Positions 33,806-46,168 of a stretch of 64,000 nucleotides of DNA are shown here, piece by piece. A model generated the notes under the pieces. That model was not told where the DNA came from. It saw only the letters and a list, made by a program, of their open reading frames with translations, and ran no database searches. The DNA is taken from positions 19,158,001 to 19,222,000 of the forward strand of contig CM060733.1 in assembly GCA_030704615.1 (NCBI GenBank). The letters are read 5' to 3'. This stretch comes from Takakia lepidozioides. Its lineage: Eukaryota > Plantae > Bryophyta. How positions within the stretch are numbered: position 1 is the stretch's first letter; every line of letters begins with the position of its first letter. Position numbers and translations under genes: made by a program.

Positions 33806-36439
33806 ATGAAGTTTCCAGTGGAGGCCATTACCGGGCTGCTCAACGACTTTGTGGACCAGGAAGCTGTGAAGACTCAGAAATTGCTTGACAATGCTCTGAA
33901 AGAAAACGAAATTTACAAGCAGGTGAGCACTCGGGGGACGAATTCTTTGGAAGCTGTAACTGAAAGCCTGTTGAGGCGTGGTTTTTGCTCGGTGGCTTGC
34001 TAGAAATTGAGGTACTGCAGCGGTTGAAAAGTAAATGAAGCAAACAAAGGTGCAAGCCAAATTTGAATCTCTTAAGGAGATCCCAGAATATACAGCTGAA
34101 TTCACAAAGTTCTTGGAGATCTATATAACAAGGGTCAGTCTCAGTGAATCGATCGTCCACGTCTTATTTGCAGCTAGAGGAGTTGTTGAAATTGTTAAGT
34201 CGATGACAGGGTACGCGGAGTGCGCAGGAACTGCAAAGGGTAAATGATGAGCTGCAAGTCGAGAAGCTGAACGTGGATCGCCTGAACTGCGCCCTTCGTA
34301 GCTTGCAGTGGGAACAAGAGAACCTGAGAGAAAAATTCGGAAAGCTCTCCGAGGTGAACGAGAAGATGGTGGAGGACAACAAGCAACTTGAGCGAGATAA
34401 GGCGTTCATGTTGCAGCAAAGAAGAGTTGCATTTAACTACGTGCAGATGGGCCTTGCACAAGCAATGAAATCATGGGAGTGGCCCCATCCATCACCCGAC
34501 AAAAGTCCTGAGCGCCAACCGGCAGGGATTTTGAATGGGTCGGGCACCATGGACAATGCAGGCGCACCTGCTGATCCACTGCAAAGCGAAACGGCTAAGG
34601 AGAACAAACATGTGGTGCACAATGAAGTGATACCCCGTGCAGCCAAGAAGCCCAGTGGATCTTCTCCCCCGATCTGCTTATCAGATGATTCAGACTCAGA
34701 GGCGGCATCGGCGGGAAAAAGAGAGAAAAGACCTCGGTCGCCCCGGCATGACAAAGACCCTCTTCTCCACAAGAGGTTCCGTCCCGGAGCTGGCTCTCCT
34801 CCGAGTACATTTAAGGATTACTATCTCCCCCTGGCAATGTTTTGCGGCAACCCAACTAACTGTAAGACCGCCAGGACTGGAGGACTGGTTAATCTAACTG
34901 AAAGATCTCGGTGTGCTACTGTGCCAGCTATAACTTGCAATCGTCTGTCTAGAATTGCAGACCTATGTACAGGAGCAGGACACTGGATCAATATGTGTGG
35001 TCACATCCAAGTTAGGAGTCTTTGAGGTATAGAATTCAGACTAAGAATCTGATTTCCTTGCTTTCTGATCTGTGTCTCTGTGTTCTTGAACATGCTCAAC
35101 TCGCCAGCTCCCAGCCAAACCATTAGCACAAATGCCAAGCCTCCATTTCCAGCCTTGCTTCAGACGCCGACCACAGTCGAGAGCGAAGGAGCAACATCCC
35201 AGCCACTGGCAAGCACCCCCCAGGTATCTGACGGCATTACGTGGAACGCCAATAGCAGCACCATGTTCAAAGCTGCTCTTCAACAGGTGCTCTCTCCTTC
35301 TCCGATAAACACCAGAGAATGGATTCCTCTTAGTTAAACACCTGACCTTTTCTTCCATGTGCTTTTCAATTTGCAGGTAAACAAGAAAGCTGGAAGACCT
35401 CCAGAACCGCGCGCCATTGGTGATTGGCTGGCTGTAAGTCTAACTTCATGAATTTCTTGTTATTCTCACATTCATGACCTGTACATATACCTAGAATAAG
35501 CATCTTGACGCCTAAGCAATCTATTATTCACCGTGCAGTCTAGGGCAATCTGGAAGCAATGTCTGCAAATCGGACAATTGTGTACAGAGTCAGGTCTGCT
35601 GGTTTGCCTTATATTCGAGAGTACGAGTTCCGATTGTGTAGTACATGTACCACATGTGCAGAAGACACTGAATTTACCCCTGGATGCGCTGGTCCGTGGA
35701 GTGGAGAAGGAAGGCAATGACAGGGAGCAGCTGGTCAGGCAGGTCGACAGTCTTGGGAGTATTATGGCATGGCCGACCTTGTTGTCGCCCCTGCACTTCA
35801 AGCGCAGAAAGAGCACTGAGTCCGTCACATCCGTAGACTCTTCCTAAACTTTTTTCTGCATGAATGCTCGTTCACATGACTTCTACAAGCAGGCACTCTA
35901 GGATTTGACAATGTTGCTTGTGGTCACACTCGCCAGAAATCAGGCTTTGAATGAGGGAGCCATCAGGTTGGGCTTGGTATTTTGGTCATTGTCATAGCCT
36001 GGGTTGGATTGTTTAGGGGAAGCCATTGCCTGACTCTTAGATAAAAGCATGCCACATGCCCCTGGAGGCAAAATCAACCAGTGTCTAGGGGCTTTCCTTC
36101 GTCCCAATCACCATAGCCATCTAGATCACCTTGAATTTCAGCCAATTGTCTGGGTTTCTCCCTTCAATTCCCCCTGGAGTTTCATCTAAACATCCACGGC
36201 CCCTGAACAGGTACTGCATTGAGATTATCAACAGCAGCATTGGAAGAGCAGGAATCCTTCCAGCGCAAGCCAACGAGTCATCAGGGCTCGGCAAGGACAA
36301 AAACATGGGCTACTTCAAGGCCGTTGTCACCTCTCGCGTTGTGGGCCAAGCATTCCGGCATGCGCAGAAAGGACTACAGGAGCTGGGGAGGCCAACGCCA
36401 AAGCCAAAGCGGCCACTACGGAGTGCAAGATCCAAGTGA
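33806..36439 (+). pseudogene. Decayed multi-exon gene for an unknown coiled-coil protein
   Basis: Exon-like segments with GT/AG boundaries: MKFPVEAITGLLNDF..YKQ|GTGAG; LEELLKLLSR*QGTRSAQELQRVNDELQVEKL..; ..PLASTPQ|GT; VNKKAGRPPEP..; YCIEIINSS..GQAFRHAQK..*. In-frame TGA at 34204-34206 and a probable frameshift near 34035. No recognised family. Confidence 0.5.
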
Positions 36440-37182
36440 AGAGTGGGGCAACAGGCAACTGCATCCTATCGGTCAACCATTTTTCCTTAAGTAGGTTTCT
36501 ATCAAGATTGTATCAAGCAGTCCAGTTTTGATGGCAGATGGTCATCGTCTTCTACTGGAGCAAACACACATGGGCATGTTTGTATATATCAGATTTTTTG
36601 TTCTCGGTACAACCTTTCTGCAGGTATCTCATGGAGTACTTGTAGAGACCCAAACCACAAGGGCTGGGCTTCCTTGCCCAAGTGCAGAAGAGATGGGTTG
36701 GGAATATTAGCACAGAATCCCTGTGTTATGTGTCCTCTGGACTATGGCAGTAACAGGAAGCTTAGTAAGTACTGCTGCATTTTTTTGGGCTCCTCCCTGT
36801 AGGGAAACCATGCCTTGGTGCCAAAATCCTGAGACTGTGCCTCCCTTCCTTAGTACAATTCTACATGTTAAGGCTTTCTTCGGGTTTTTTTTTTGTCACA
36901 AGAATGCAGTGACTTTGTGCACCCAACCTGCTATTTAATGCAATGATTGTAAATATTTTTTTACAACATCAAAAGTTTGAGAGCAGAGGAGATGGTGTTG
37001 CATTTTTGGGTCCTGGGTTGCATTGTGGTTTGAATTGCATGTGGAAGAATCGAGAGTAGAGAGATGTGTGTGTTTGTAGGAGAGGGTGACGAGTGAGGCC
37101 TGAGTACATCATGTGGAGCAAGCTTTGTGGTTTTGGAGCATGGGTCAAGTAGGAGAAGTGTGAGATTTTGGAGGTGAGAAGC

Positions 37183-38016
37183 ATGAAGAGCTCAATCTCA
37201 AGGTACTGGGTTCGCGTCCTTGCCCAGCGGCAGACTACCTCGTGCGCTCTGCGGAGCACTCATCACATAGGCAGCTGGGCTTGTCGTGGAACATTCTCCA
37301 GAAGTCTCAATATATTCACAGTTTTCAGTAAGGAAGCCCGCGATAAGGAGCAAGCAAGGCTTAAAGATGAGCTGAATCGCGGCTACTTTGATGATTTGAG
37401 GGATCTGAAGAAAACTGGTGGGAAGGTAGCAATTGCAAGCCTTCATCTGGTACCCATTGCAGCTGCCCCCAAATTCCCATCTCTTGTTGTGCAATCGCCA
37501 CTTGGAGATACCCTAACTCTGCCAATCGAGGAGGATGTTATCGTCTCCAGTAGGGAGGGAGATAAGTCACAACCACTTTCAAGTGTGGCGCCGACTATTG
37601 TCTGCATAGCATTCCGGGCGAGCGCACAATCGATGGTCGAGTCATGGAGCATACCTTTTTCCAAAGCCTTCCAGTCGGCCAGTTCTGTCCAACTATTCGA
37701 GGTTTCTGTTATTGAACCGTGGGTGCTTTCTCTTCCGCCAATCAAGAGTTGGCTGCTTCGATCCATGCGAATATCACATCCTCCTGCGGAAGGAGATGAA
37801 GTGCTGAACCGACGGGCAGTATACGCTTTCGGAGACACTTATTTCTTCAGGAAGACTCTTGGTATACCGAATCTGATGTCTGGGTATGTATTTTTGCTTG
37901 ATAGAAAGGGAAGAGTGCGGTGGAGAGCAAGCGGAATGGCTACTACAGAAGAGTTGGGATCGATGGTGTCCTGCACATCGCGGCTCCTTGAGGAAGAAGC
38001 ACCAAATAGGTCTTGA
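37183..38016 (+). CDS. ATP10: Mitochondrial ATP synthase assembly factor ATP10, single exon
   Basis: Motifs RLKDELNRGYFDDLRDLKKTGGK, FRASAQSMVESWSIPF, YAFGDTYFFRKTLGIPNLMSGYVFLLDRKGRVRWRASGMATTEE. Arg/Ser-rich presequence from the ATG at 37183. Confidence 0.9.
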   Translation: MKSSISRYWVRVLAQRQTTSCALRSTHHIGSWACRGTFSRSLNIFTVFSKEARDKEQARLKDELNRGYFDDLRDLKKTGGKVAIASLHLVPIAAAPKFPSLVVQSPLGDTLTLPIEEDVIVSSREGDKSQPLSSVAPTIVCIAFRASAQSMVESWSIPFSKAFQSASSVQLFEVSVIEPWVLSLPPIKSWLLRSMRISHPPAEGDEVLNRRAVYAFGDTYFFRKTLGIPNLMSGYVFLLDRKGRVRWRASGMATTEELGSMVSCTSRLLEEEAPNRS

Positions 38017-38751
38017 AAGGTACTAGAAATGATATCAATAAGCAGACAAAAGGCAGAGGGTGATTAGCATGGCAGTCTCCCTTGACGGAGAGCCATGCAT
38101 GTTACTCTCTGTACAGCTGAGTACTCTGCCCACATTTGGATCATCAATTGCAAAGATTGGCAGTAACCAGTCCATCTCGATTCTTTCTCTCGGGCATTTG
38201 ACTCCGAGACTACCAAAAAGAAGCTGCTGTGGGTGTACCTCTGTTCAGTACAGTCCACTGCGTACCCAACATAGGGCAAGGCAGCACTTTCTCTGCCTTC
38301 TGCAACTTTGAAGATCTCATGTCTAGCATTGAGTGCGGATCAAGTGATGTGGCGGATCACAACGAAGCCGTCTGCATTGCTGGCCTCAATAGATGCTTCT
38401 CCACCGAGAGACATTGTAATTGTGTAGTGCATAAGCATTTGGTGTCAAACCAGTGAGAGATGTTTTTGCAACTCTTGAAGGTTGAGTCTAGGGTTTAGGG
38501 CTTTGGGCAGTAAGCTATGCATGGCCCATTCCTGCAAGTGTCAGATGAAATTTTCGGGGCTACCATAGTAGGCAGGAATTGTGGCTGTTATCTTTTGAGT
38601 AGCAGCTCACCATTGTCATGGCCATGTCTACCATATGTTGCACTGTGCACCTTCCTGTACATTTGGACATGAGCTGCAGGGTAGTCAACTGTTTGCCCAC
38701 TGTCTGGCCATCCTGTGAGTGATCACTAGAAGAAGGTTATGCATGCCTATG

Positions 38752-38804
38752 ATCTGTGAACCCTACAGACAAGTATCTGTGAACCCTACAGACAAGTATC
38801 TGTG
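38752..38804 (+). repeat. Tandem repeat, 2.3 x 23 bp
   Basis: ATCTGTGAACCCTACAGACAAGT twice, plus a partial third unit. Confidence 0.95.
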
Positions 38805-39375
38805 CCCACTCAATCTGTGTAACCTGTGTATGATCACTTGATACAATGGCCTGTGGTACTACATAATAGAAGAAACGAAGCCATGGCACCAGCTGTTGAA
38901 GGCCGTTGTGTTCACAGCCTTACTGGCACACACTCAAATTTGCAGGGATAGATAGATGTCCATTACTAAATCCTCATAGCTCTCTTAACAATAAATGTTT
39001 GGAAGTTCCTAATTGATAAAGGTCCACAGTTCTGATTGATGAAGTTTGAGGTTTCACTTTGCTCTCACAAATGGTCATAGTTTCCTCACAGCTCTCCGCT
39101 CTTTGCAAACTAGTGGTGTCTCTTCCCCATTTCAGGGATTAAGTAAAGTGGAAAAACTAAACACTTTGGGGCCAGGCAAGAAGCCCAATTTTTCTGTTTA
39201 TGTTTTTCTCAGAGAAAATTTGAAAAGTTTTCTTCTGTTCTGATTTGTTGCTGAGGCTTTTAGAGTATGAGTTGATATTTCATGCCTCTCTTCATTACGC
39301 ACTACATAAAGATTCTTTGTAGGATTTTACCAGTGTTGGTCTGGTACTACATAAAGATTCTTTGTAGGATTTTAC

Positions 39376-39923
39376 CAGTGTTGGTCTGGTATGGGCGAGT
39401 ACCAACCCTGGTATCAGGGACCAGACCAGCCCTGAATTCTACATACCAAAGGCGATACCATTGCTTGGCTTAGGGTAGGGTTTCTGAGAACAGGCAAATA
39501 CCATACCAGTCTGGTGTTGAGGGCAAGGGTTTAGTGTTGATACTCATTGCAAGCATTTCGCAACCCTTCTTCGACTGGTATCAATTCTTGGTGACAGGAA
39601 GTAGGAAAGAGTGTTATGGCGGCCATTTCGCAGCTTAGGGTAGGTGGATTGTTGGGCGAACAATCACGGCTGTGCATGATGCACTCATCAAGTGTTTTTT
39701 AAGTGAATTGAAGCCTTGTTTGATACCAGATCCCAGTATGTATACCAGCTGGTATTACTTGAGCACATTCGTTGCTTAAGTGATTAAAATTTCTCAGTAT
39801 CCTTACCAGATTGGTATCTAATTTGGAAAATATCCCTGGTACCAATAATCCCCTGGTATGTCATTTTGAAAGCCACCCATATACAGCCTGGTATCAAAAA
39901 CTGTTGATACCAGACCAACACTG
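39376..39923. mobile_element. Non-autonomous hAT-type MITE, 548 bp
   Basis: Perfect 17-bp TIRs: CAGTGTTGGTCTGGTAT (39376-39392) and ATACCAGACCAACACTG (39907-39923). Exact 8-bp TSD GATTTTAC at 39368-39375 and 39924-39931. Many internal TACCA/TGGTA motifs. An 8-bp TSD with CAG-starting TIRs is typical of hAT elements. Confidence 0.92.
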
Positions 39924-40177
39924 GATTTTACAGGGTAGATTGATGGATGGATGGAACCCACGTAGGCTTTCCTAGTTTTCTTGAGCGCTACTCATAGAAC
40001 GGATGGATGAATAGTGCAGTGCCGACCTAACTAGGGTTAAGGCACCAACTCCACACGCTTCTTCCTCCTGTGAGGGTCTGTGTGTTTGCTGCAGTGTGGA
40101 TGCATTCTTGCGCTCTTCGACAGGTTTGAGGATTTGGAAACGAAGCTTGATCGGCGGAGAAGAGGTAGGCATCCAAC

Positions 40178-43120
40178 ATGCTGGATTTCAGTGCACTGGA
40201 GCCCGAGACGCTCCACTCGTTTCCCACAACGTTGCAGCCGAATCTGTTTGCGGATCCCAGTTTTCCGCTTCCGTCTGTCGCTGACGTATGATGCATAACT
40301 CCTCAGATTGCCTCCTCAAAGTTGATCTGTGAAGTTTTCAATGTTTGTGAATTCAGGGCTTGGAGCTTGTGAAAGTTTGTGTTGGTGATTGGCAAGTTTG
40401 CAACCCTAGAGTTGACGTCCCCCACCGGCGCAAGTACTATGTCAGCAGATTCCTTGTGGGCTGGTCCGCTTAATGAAGGTTGATAAAGAACGTTCAACAC
40501 TGTAACTGACTAGCCTTATGTGGAGGCTTGCAGTTGGATGGGTTCCAAAAAGCATCAGTGCAAATGGTGAAGCCGGCAAAGGGTACCACTACCCTGGCTT
40601 TTGTGTTTGAGCATGGCGTCATTGTGGCAGCTGATTCTCGTGCCAGCATGGGGAATTACATCTGTATGCTCTCTCTCTCTCTCTCCAACCCAGCACATAT
40701 GGCAGAGGTTCAAATTTAGGTTTAATCTGGGAATTGTAGCCTGTACATTGGTTTGGTTGACCTTTTGAGGTAAGTTGGTGAAAACATTGTATGATCTATG
40801 GCAGCTTCACAGTCAGTGAAAAAGATATTGGAAATCAATCCGTATCTGTTGGGCACCATGGCTGGAGGTGCTGCCGACTGTCAGTTCTGGCAACGGAACC
40901 TCGGCACCCGGGTACTCCATTACATCCTTCCTTGTGCATGTCATCTCTAGGATTTTCTCCTATATTTTCCTTGAGTTGCTTGCCAGAGGGACAGACTGTA
41001 CTCCTGCAATTTGTAGCCTTGTGTCCATTGACCGCAGCTTTTCTTTTGGAAAGAAATAGAAACACTTGAAGAACTGTACATTACACCCCAGGAGAAGCAA
41101 GATCGCAATGAGTACTCACTCTAGAGCTTTGGAATGTTGCTTGAACAGTGCCGGCTGCATGAGCTTGCAAATAAGAGGCGTATCTCGGTGACTGGTGCAT
41201 CTAAACTGCTTGCTAATACCTTGTATTCATATCGAGGAATGGGCCTCTCGATGGGCACTATGATTGCTGGCTGGGATGAAACAGTATGCTCTATCTCAAC
41301 TTGGTTATTGAAATTATTTGCTGCTTTGAGTCTTGTTTGAGCAAGAGTGAAGTTGCTGGTCAATGTTGATGTAATTTCCAGTCGATGCAGTGCACTCTTG
41401 GCCAGTAGTTTTTCTTTGATCCGGAGCATTCCACAACAAGGGAAACCTTTTGGCCATCTTCTGGGTGTTTTCTCTAATCCTTTTTTCCCAGCAGCTTCAT
41501 AAACCCTTAAATTTGTGTTGAACCTGTACCGCATCCTTACTTGTCGGACCTGATCAAAGTTAAATGCACTGCAAAATGATTTGCTACTCCAGCCTGAGTG
41601 GATCAATTAGGGTTCTAAGGTCATATGAGAAGGGGATAGATACTGTAAGTCTGAAGTTCCCAGCAAGCATGAATAAACAGGCTGTTTAGATGTCATCTAC
41701 ACTTAGTTTGCCTTAGCCTAATCAAAATTTGAAACAAAATTCTACTACTCAAATTGGCTGTGTTGACTCTTTCTCTTTCTGTGGTGCGAAAAGAAGCCAA
41801 AGATCAGATCAAACTTTGTCAACTAATGACCTCTCTTCAATTTGGTGGGTGGTGCCGACCAATCAAGAAAAGGTGGCCAATCTTCGTTTTTTAATGATTT
41901 TTAGATGCACACACACAGTATTTGGATCGTGGCCAGCATTGCAAGTGATGGTCAATGAGTACATCTCCTGACATGTACATAATGTGACGAGCAACTCATC
42001 TTTTTATTGCAGGGTCCAGGCCTTTACTACGTGGATAGCGAGGGTGGTAGGGTGAAAGGCAAACGTTTTTCAGTTGGATCAGGCTCTACATATGCTTATG
42101 GTGTTCTTGATACAGGGTAAGAAGTTATAGCTAATACCCAAGGGTTTACTTGCTATTGTTAGGGAGGCACTGGTTCATTTGCAGTGTTGAGTTATTGACA
42201 GCCTGGAGACACCTCTTACTTTCAGTGCCTTGAATCCTGCAGGTTTCAGTGGGACATGTCAATTGAGGAGGCTGTGGAGCTTGCTCGACGTGCAATTTAT
42301 CATGCCACTTTCCGTGATGGAGCCAGTGGGGGTGTGGTCAGTGGTAAGTATGTTTCTATTTATATTTCATCAGTGTCGGGTGATGCAGAGGAAGGATGAT
42401 ACTGGTCAGAGCTAGCCCAATTTGTATTGCATGGGCACTTGTTCTACAACCGGGTTTAGTTTGGCTGCCCCGGTTTTTCTTTTGATACTCAAGACCCCTA
42501 CGTGCGTCAAGTTGCATATTACCCGTATATGGCTGCATTGAACATGTAGAATAGACTCCAACATAAGCATATGTGGGGTTGAACCAACCTATGCAATGGT
42601 GTTTGTACAGACTATTTGCTCAAATCTGCACAACCATAATGAGTATGATGCCATGGGTCTTGTCAAGTGTGTTGTAGTCAAACAAACTAGAACGCAGCTG
42701 TCTCCTTGTTGAGGGTGGGTACTTCTTCTGGTCACTTGTAGTACATTCAGGGCTGATTCTTTGGGCCCACTTCTCCATAGACCTCGAATCCCTGTATTTG
42801 GCACCTGGTATTGTCCACTTGAACCATTTAGGATAAACTCCATATACATTCCACAGTTTCGTGACTGACCTAAACACTTGGCTACATTCTGACAGAATTT
42901 CAAACCAGTTGAGTAGGATGCCATGCATCATTCTATTGCAGAACAAGCATTAGATCTTACTTAGAGCTTGGTGTGCATTGTTGTTGCAGTTTACTATGTC
43001 GGGCCGCAGGGGTGGAAAAAGATGTCAGGGGACGACGTTGGTGAGCTTCACTACAAGTACTACCCTGTACCGGAAGCTACTGTTGAAGCAGAGATGGGTG
43101 AGGCTGAAAGCTCATCATGA
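40178..43120 (+). CDS. PBE1: 20S proteasome subunit beta type-5
   Basis: Exons 40178-40285, 40534-40663, 40805-40911, 41149-41283, 42013-42116, 42243-42343 and 42990-43120 join in phase. Propeptide followed by catalytic G|TTTLAFVF; motifs [41 protein letters not shown]. Confidence 0.96.
40996..41035 (-). mobile_element. Degenerate 40-bp 3' fragment of LINE family B
   Basis: Reverse strand GCGGTCAATGGACACAAGGCTACAAATTGCAGGAGTACAG followed by TCT. In proteasome beta-5 intron 3. No TSD found. Confidence 0.55.
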
Positions 43121-44677
43121 TTTTGCACAACTCCCCAAATTAAGAGACTTTCTGCCTTCATCTACTGTGAAAACAAGGTGGTGGTGATTCAGGGGGATAA
43201 CATCCTTTGTTCCATTGGCAACAGACTTTGAGGGTGCATATCACCACACCTCAGCGGTCCATGGCATTCAATGGGAAGTAGGAGGCAGAAGTAGAGGCAC
43301 AGGTCGGACTTCAGGGGTGATGTAAAACAGAGGATGCATGTGGACAGAATGCTGCAATAAGCTGCTTTCACTATTTGTTTTTCCTCTCATTTTTATGTTT
43401 ATTGGGAGGGGAAGACAGCCAATCCATTGGCAAATACGGTCAAGTCGGGTCTTGGGAAATGATTTTGACATTACTTTAGTTGGTACCCAGTTCTGTTTTT
43501 ACAAGACTTCCACCACCCTTCCTTGCACCAAAACACTGATGGGTGTTTGGTGAAGGCAGCCAAAGTCCAGGAGAGAGGATTTGAACGAGGGTCAGGCCCT
43601 CAATGGCAACACTGGTGGTATACCTCAACGCAGATGTTTTCCTGTGAGCAAATCTTTGCACAAGGCAGGCAATAAAACTGAACACAGAAGTCACCTTCCT
43701 TCCCTTCATGTATCCAACAGGATTTCATCAGCAAAGGGGGATTGAATGATGGTCTTGGGCCTCCTCTTTCACCTACTCCTTCACATCTGTAGCATTTCAT
43801 TGTGTAGAAGTAGTGTCTGCCCATTGCCTAATACTAAGAATGCCTTGCAGATTATATAGTTTGAACAGTTGAAATTCTGCTCAAGCAGAGGGTGGAAGGT
43901 ATTTGGGTGGGTGGCCCAGCATGCACGTGCCAGGTTTCCTCAAGTCAATTGTGATGGCTTTGACTGGGAGTACTTATACACCCTTGCATCCATGGATCCA
44001 TGAAGCACTGATGATGTAAACTCAGAACCAGCCGCACGGCGCTGCTTTTTCCATTTTAGCTCATCCACATTGAAAAGCCCATAGGTAAGAAGGCCTCATT
44101 CTCCTGAGAAAAGACAAGTCTTAAGACTCGACTAGACTAGTTAAGAAATCCACCATCAGAAAGACTTGAAAAGGATGGGTTTCTGAGTAAAGATATGTGC
44201 CTCTGTCCCCTTATTTAAGGGAAAAAAAAGCTGAGACTTCACAATGGCTCTCTCAAAAGAATTGGATCTTCAAGAAGGATAAAAGGACACGGATGCGGAG
44301 AATGTGGTCACTCTTTCGAGAGAGAAAGGTCAGCCTCAAGTGTTTGGAGAGCCCTCTCTCACAATTTTCCTCCACTGCACAAACCACAGCGATTGCTTTC
44401 TGATTTGATGTCTGTCTGAGAAACCCACCTTCCAATTCTTCACATCAGCTCCTCGGACCTCCTCTTCTTGCAGAAGGCCTGATCACTCTACCATTGTTGC
44501 CCTTTCACACCATTTTGAGGTGCGGTTTGCTTCCTGTGCCTTCAGTCTGGAACTGGCGGATTAGTTCCAGGCGTGCAGTTGGAGGCTTACACATCTCGGT
44601 TGTGTTGTATCAATTCTCGCGGTGTGTTGTTTGTGGCAGGAACTCTTGAAGAAAAGAGTTGGATTTGGTAAGAAGCC

Positions 44678-46168
44678 ATGGATGGCAAAGGACTCTCGAG
44701 AATTGGGTTGGCAGGGTTGGCAGTGATGGGCCAAAATCTGGCACTGAACATCGCTGAGAAAGGCTTTCCCATCTCCGTCTACAACCGGACGGCGAGCAAA
44801 GTGGATGAGACTGTGGAGCGTGCCAAGCAGGAAGGCAATCTTCCTCTGAAAGGTTTCTATACTGCCAAGGAGTTTGTGCTCTCACTGCAGAAGCCTCGGG
44901 CTATCATCATTTTGGTGAAGGCGGGTGCGCCTGTGGATCAAACAATTGAGACCTTGTCACAGTACCTTGAACGTGGTGATTGCATCATCGATGGTGGGAA
45001 TGAGTGGTATGAGAATACCGAGAGGCGCGCAGCTGCGGTGAAATCCAAGGGATTACTCTATCTGGGCATGGGCGTTTCAGGAGGTGAGGAAGGAGCTCGA
45101 AATGGGCCTGCTTTGATGCCCGGGGGTACACTGGAGGCCTACCAATACATAGAAGATATTGTCAAGAAAGTGGCAGCTCAAGTTAACGATGGTCCCTGTG
45201 TGACATACGTGGGAGAGGGTGGTGCTGGCAATTTCGTGAAGATGGTGCACAACGGGATTGAATACGGTGACATGCAGCTCATCGCCGAGGCGTACGATGT
45301 TCTCAAGTCTGTAGGTGGCCTGACAAACCAGGAATTGCATGTGACTTTCAGTGAGTGGAATAAGGGGGAGCTTGAGAGCTTTCTGATAGAAATCACTGCC
45401 GACATCTTCTCGGTCAAGGATGATAAGGGCGATGGCGAATTGGTTGACAAAGTATTGGACAAGACAGGGATGAAGGGGACAGGTAAGTGGACCGTTCAGC
45501 AGGCTGCGGAGTTGTCTATTGCAGCACCTACCATTGCCACATCTCTGGACTTGCGTTTTCTCTCTGGATTGAAAGAGGAGCGTGTTGCCGCTGCCTCTGT
45601 CTTCAAACAGGCTGGGATCAGTGACCTGTTGGCCGCGAAGGACGTAAACAAGAAACAACTTGTGGACGATGTCCGAAAGGCCTTGTATGCTGCTAAAATT
45701 TGCAGCTATGCTCAAGGTATGAATCTCATACGAGCCAAGAGCATTGAGAAAGGGTGGAACCTGAACCTTGGCGAGCTCGCCCGTATCTGGAAAGGAGGGT
45801 GCATCATCAGGGCCATCTTTCTGGACAGAATCAAGCAGGCATACGACCGGAACGCCAAGCTGGCCAGCTTACTGGTAGATCCGGAGTTTGCTAAAGAGAT
45901 GGTGGAGAGGCAAGGGGCATGGAGGCGAGTTGTGACCCTTGCGATTGAGGTTGGAGTAAGTACCCCAGGTCTGAGTGCCAGCCTTGCCTACTTTGACACC
46001 TATCGTCGAGGTCGCCTACCTGCCAACCTTGTCCAGGCCCAGCGTGATTACTTTGGTGCTCACACTTACGAACGTATTGACATGCCAGGAGCATTTCACA
46101 CAGAGTGGTTCAAAATCGCCAAGAAGCACATCAGTACCAAGGAAGAAACAGTCAGAGCTGCAATGTAA
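44678..46168 (+). CDS. PGD: 6-phosphogluconate dehydrogenase, decarboxylating (no plastid transit peptide)
   Basis: 496-aa ORF with IGLAGLAVMGQNLALN, FVKMVHNGIEYGDMQLIAE, GMKGTGKWT, WKGGCIIRA and QAQRDYFGAHTYER. Probable 5'UTR intron at 44520-44639. Confidence 0.97.
   Translation: MDGKGLSRIGLAGLAVMGQNLALNIAEKGFPISVYNRTASKVDETVERAKQEGNLPLKGFYTAKEFVLSLQKPRAIIILVKAGAPVDQTIETLSQYLERGDCIIDGGNEWYENTERRAAAVKSKGLLYLGMGVSGGEEGARNGPALMPGGTLEAYQYIEDIVKKVAAQVNDGPCVTYVGEGGAGNFVKMVHNGIEYGDMQLIAEAYDVLKSVGGLTNQELHVTFSEWNKGELESFLIEITADIFSVKDDKGDGELVDKVLDKTGMKGTGKWTVQQAAELSIAAPTIATSLDLRFLSGLKEERVAAASVFKQAGISDLLAAKDVNKKQLVDDVRKALYAAKICSYAQGMNLIRAKSIEKGWNLNLGELARIWKGGCIIRAIFLDRIKQAYDRNAKLASLLVDPEFAKEMVERQGAWRRVVTLAIEVGVSTPGLSASLAYFDTYRRGRLPANLVQAQRDYFGAHTYERIDMPGAFHTEWFKIAKKHISTKEETVRAAM

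Noticed and set aside
38489-38500. Interstitial telomeric repeat TAGGGTTTAGGG (also AAACCCTAA at 29161)
   Set aside because: Fewer than two full units; compatible with chance or isolated telo-boxes.
45077-45715. Long antisense ORFs overlapping 6PGD, NPQ6, VSR and DLEC1 exons
   Set aside because: Shadow ORFs arising from codon bias on the opposite strand, with no recognisable motifs.
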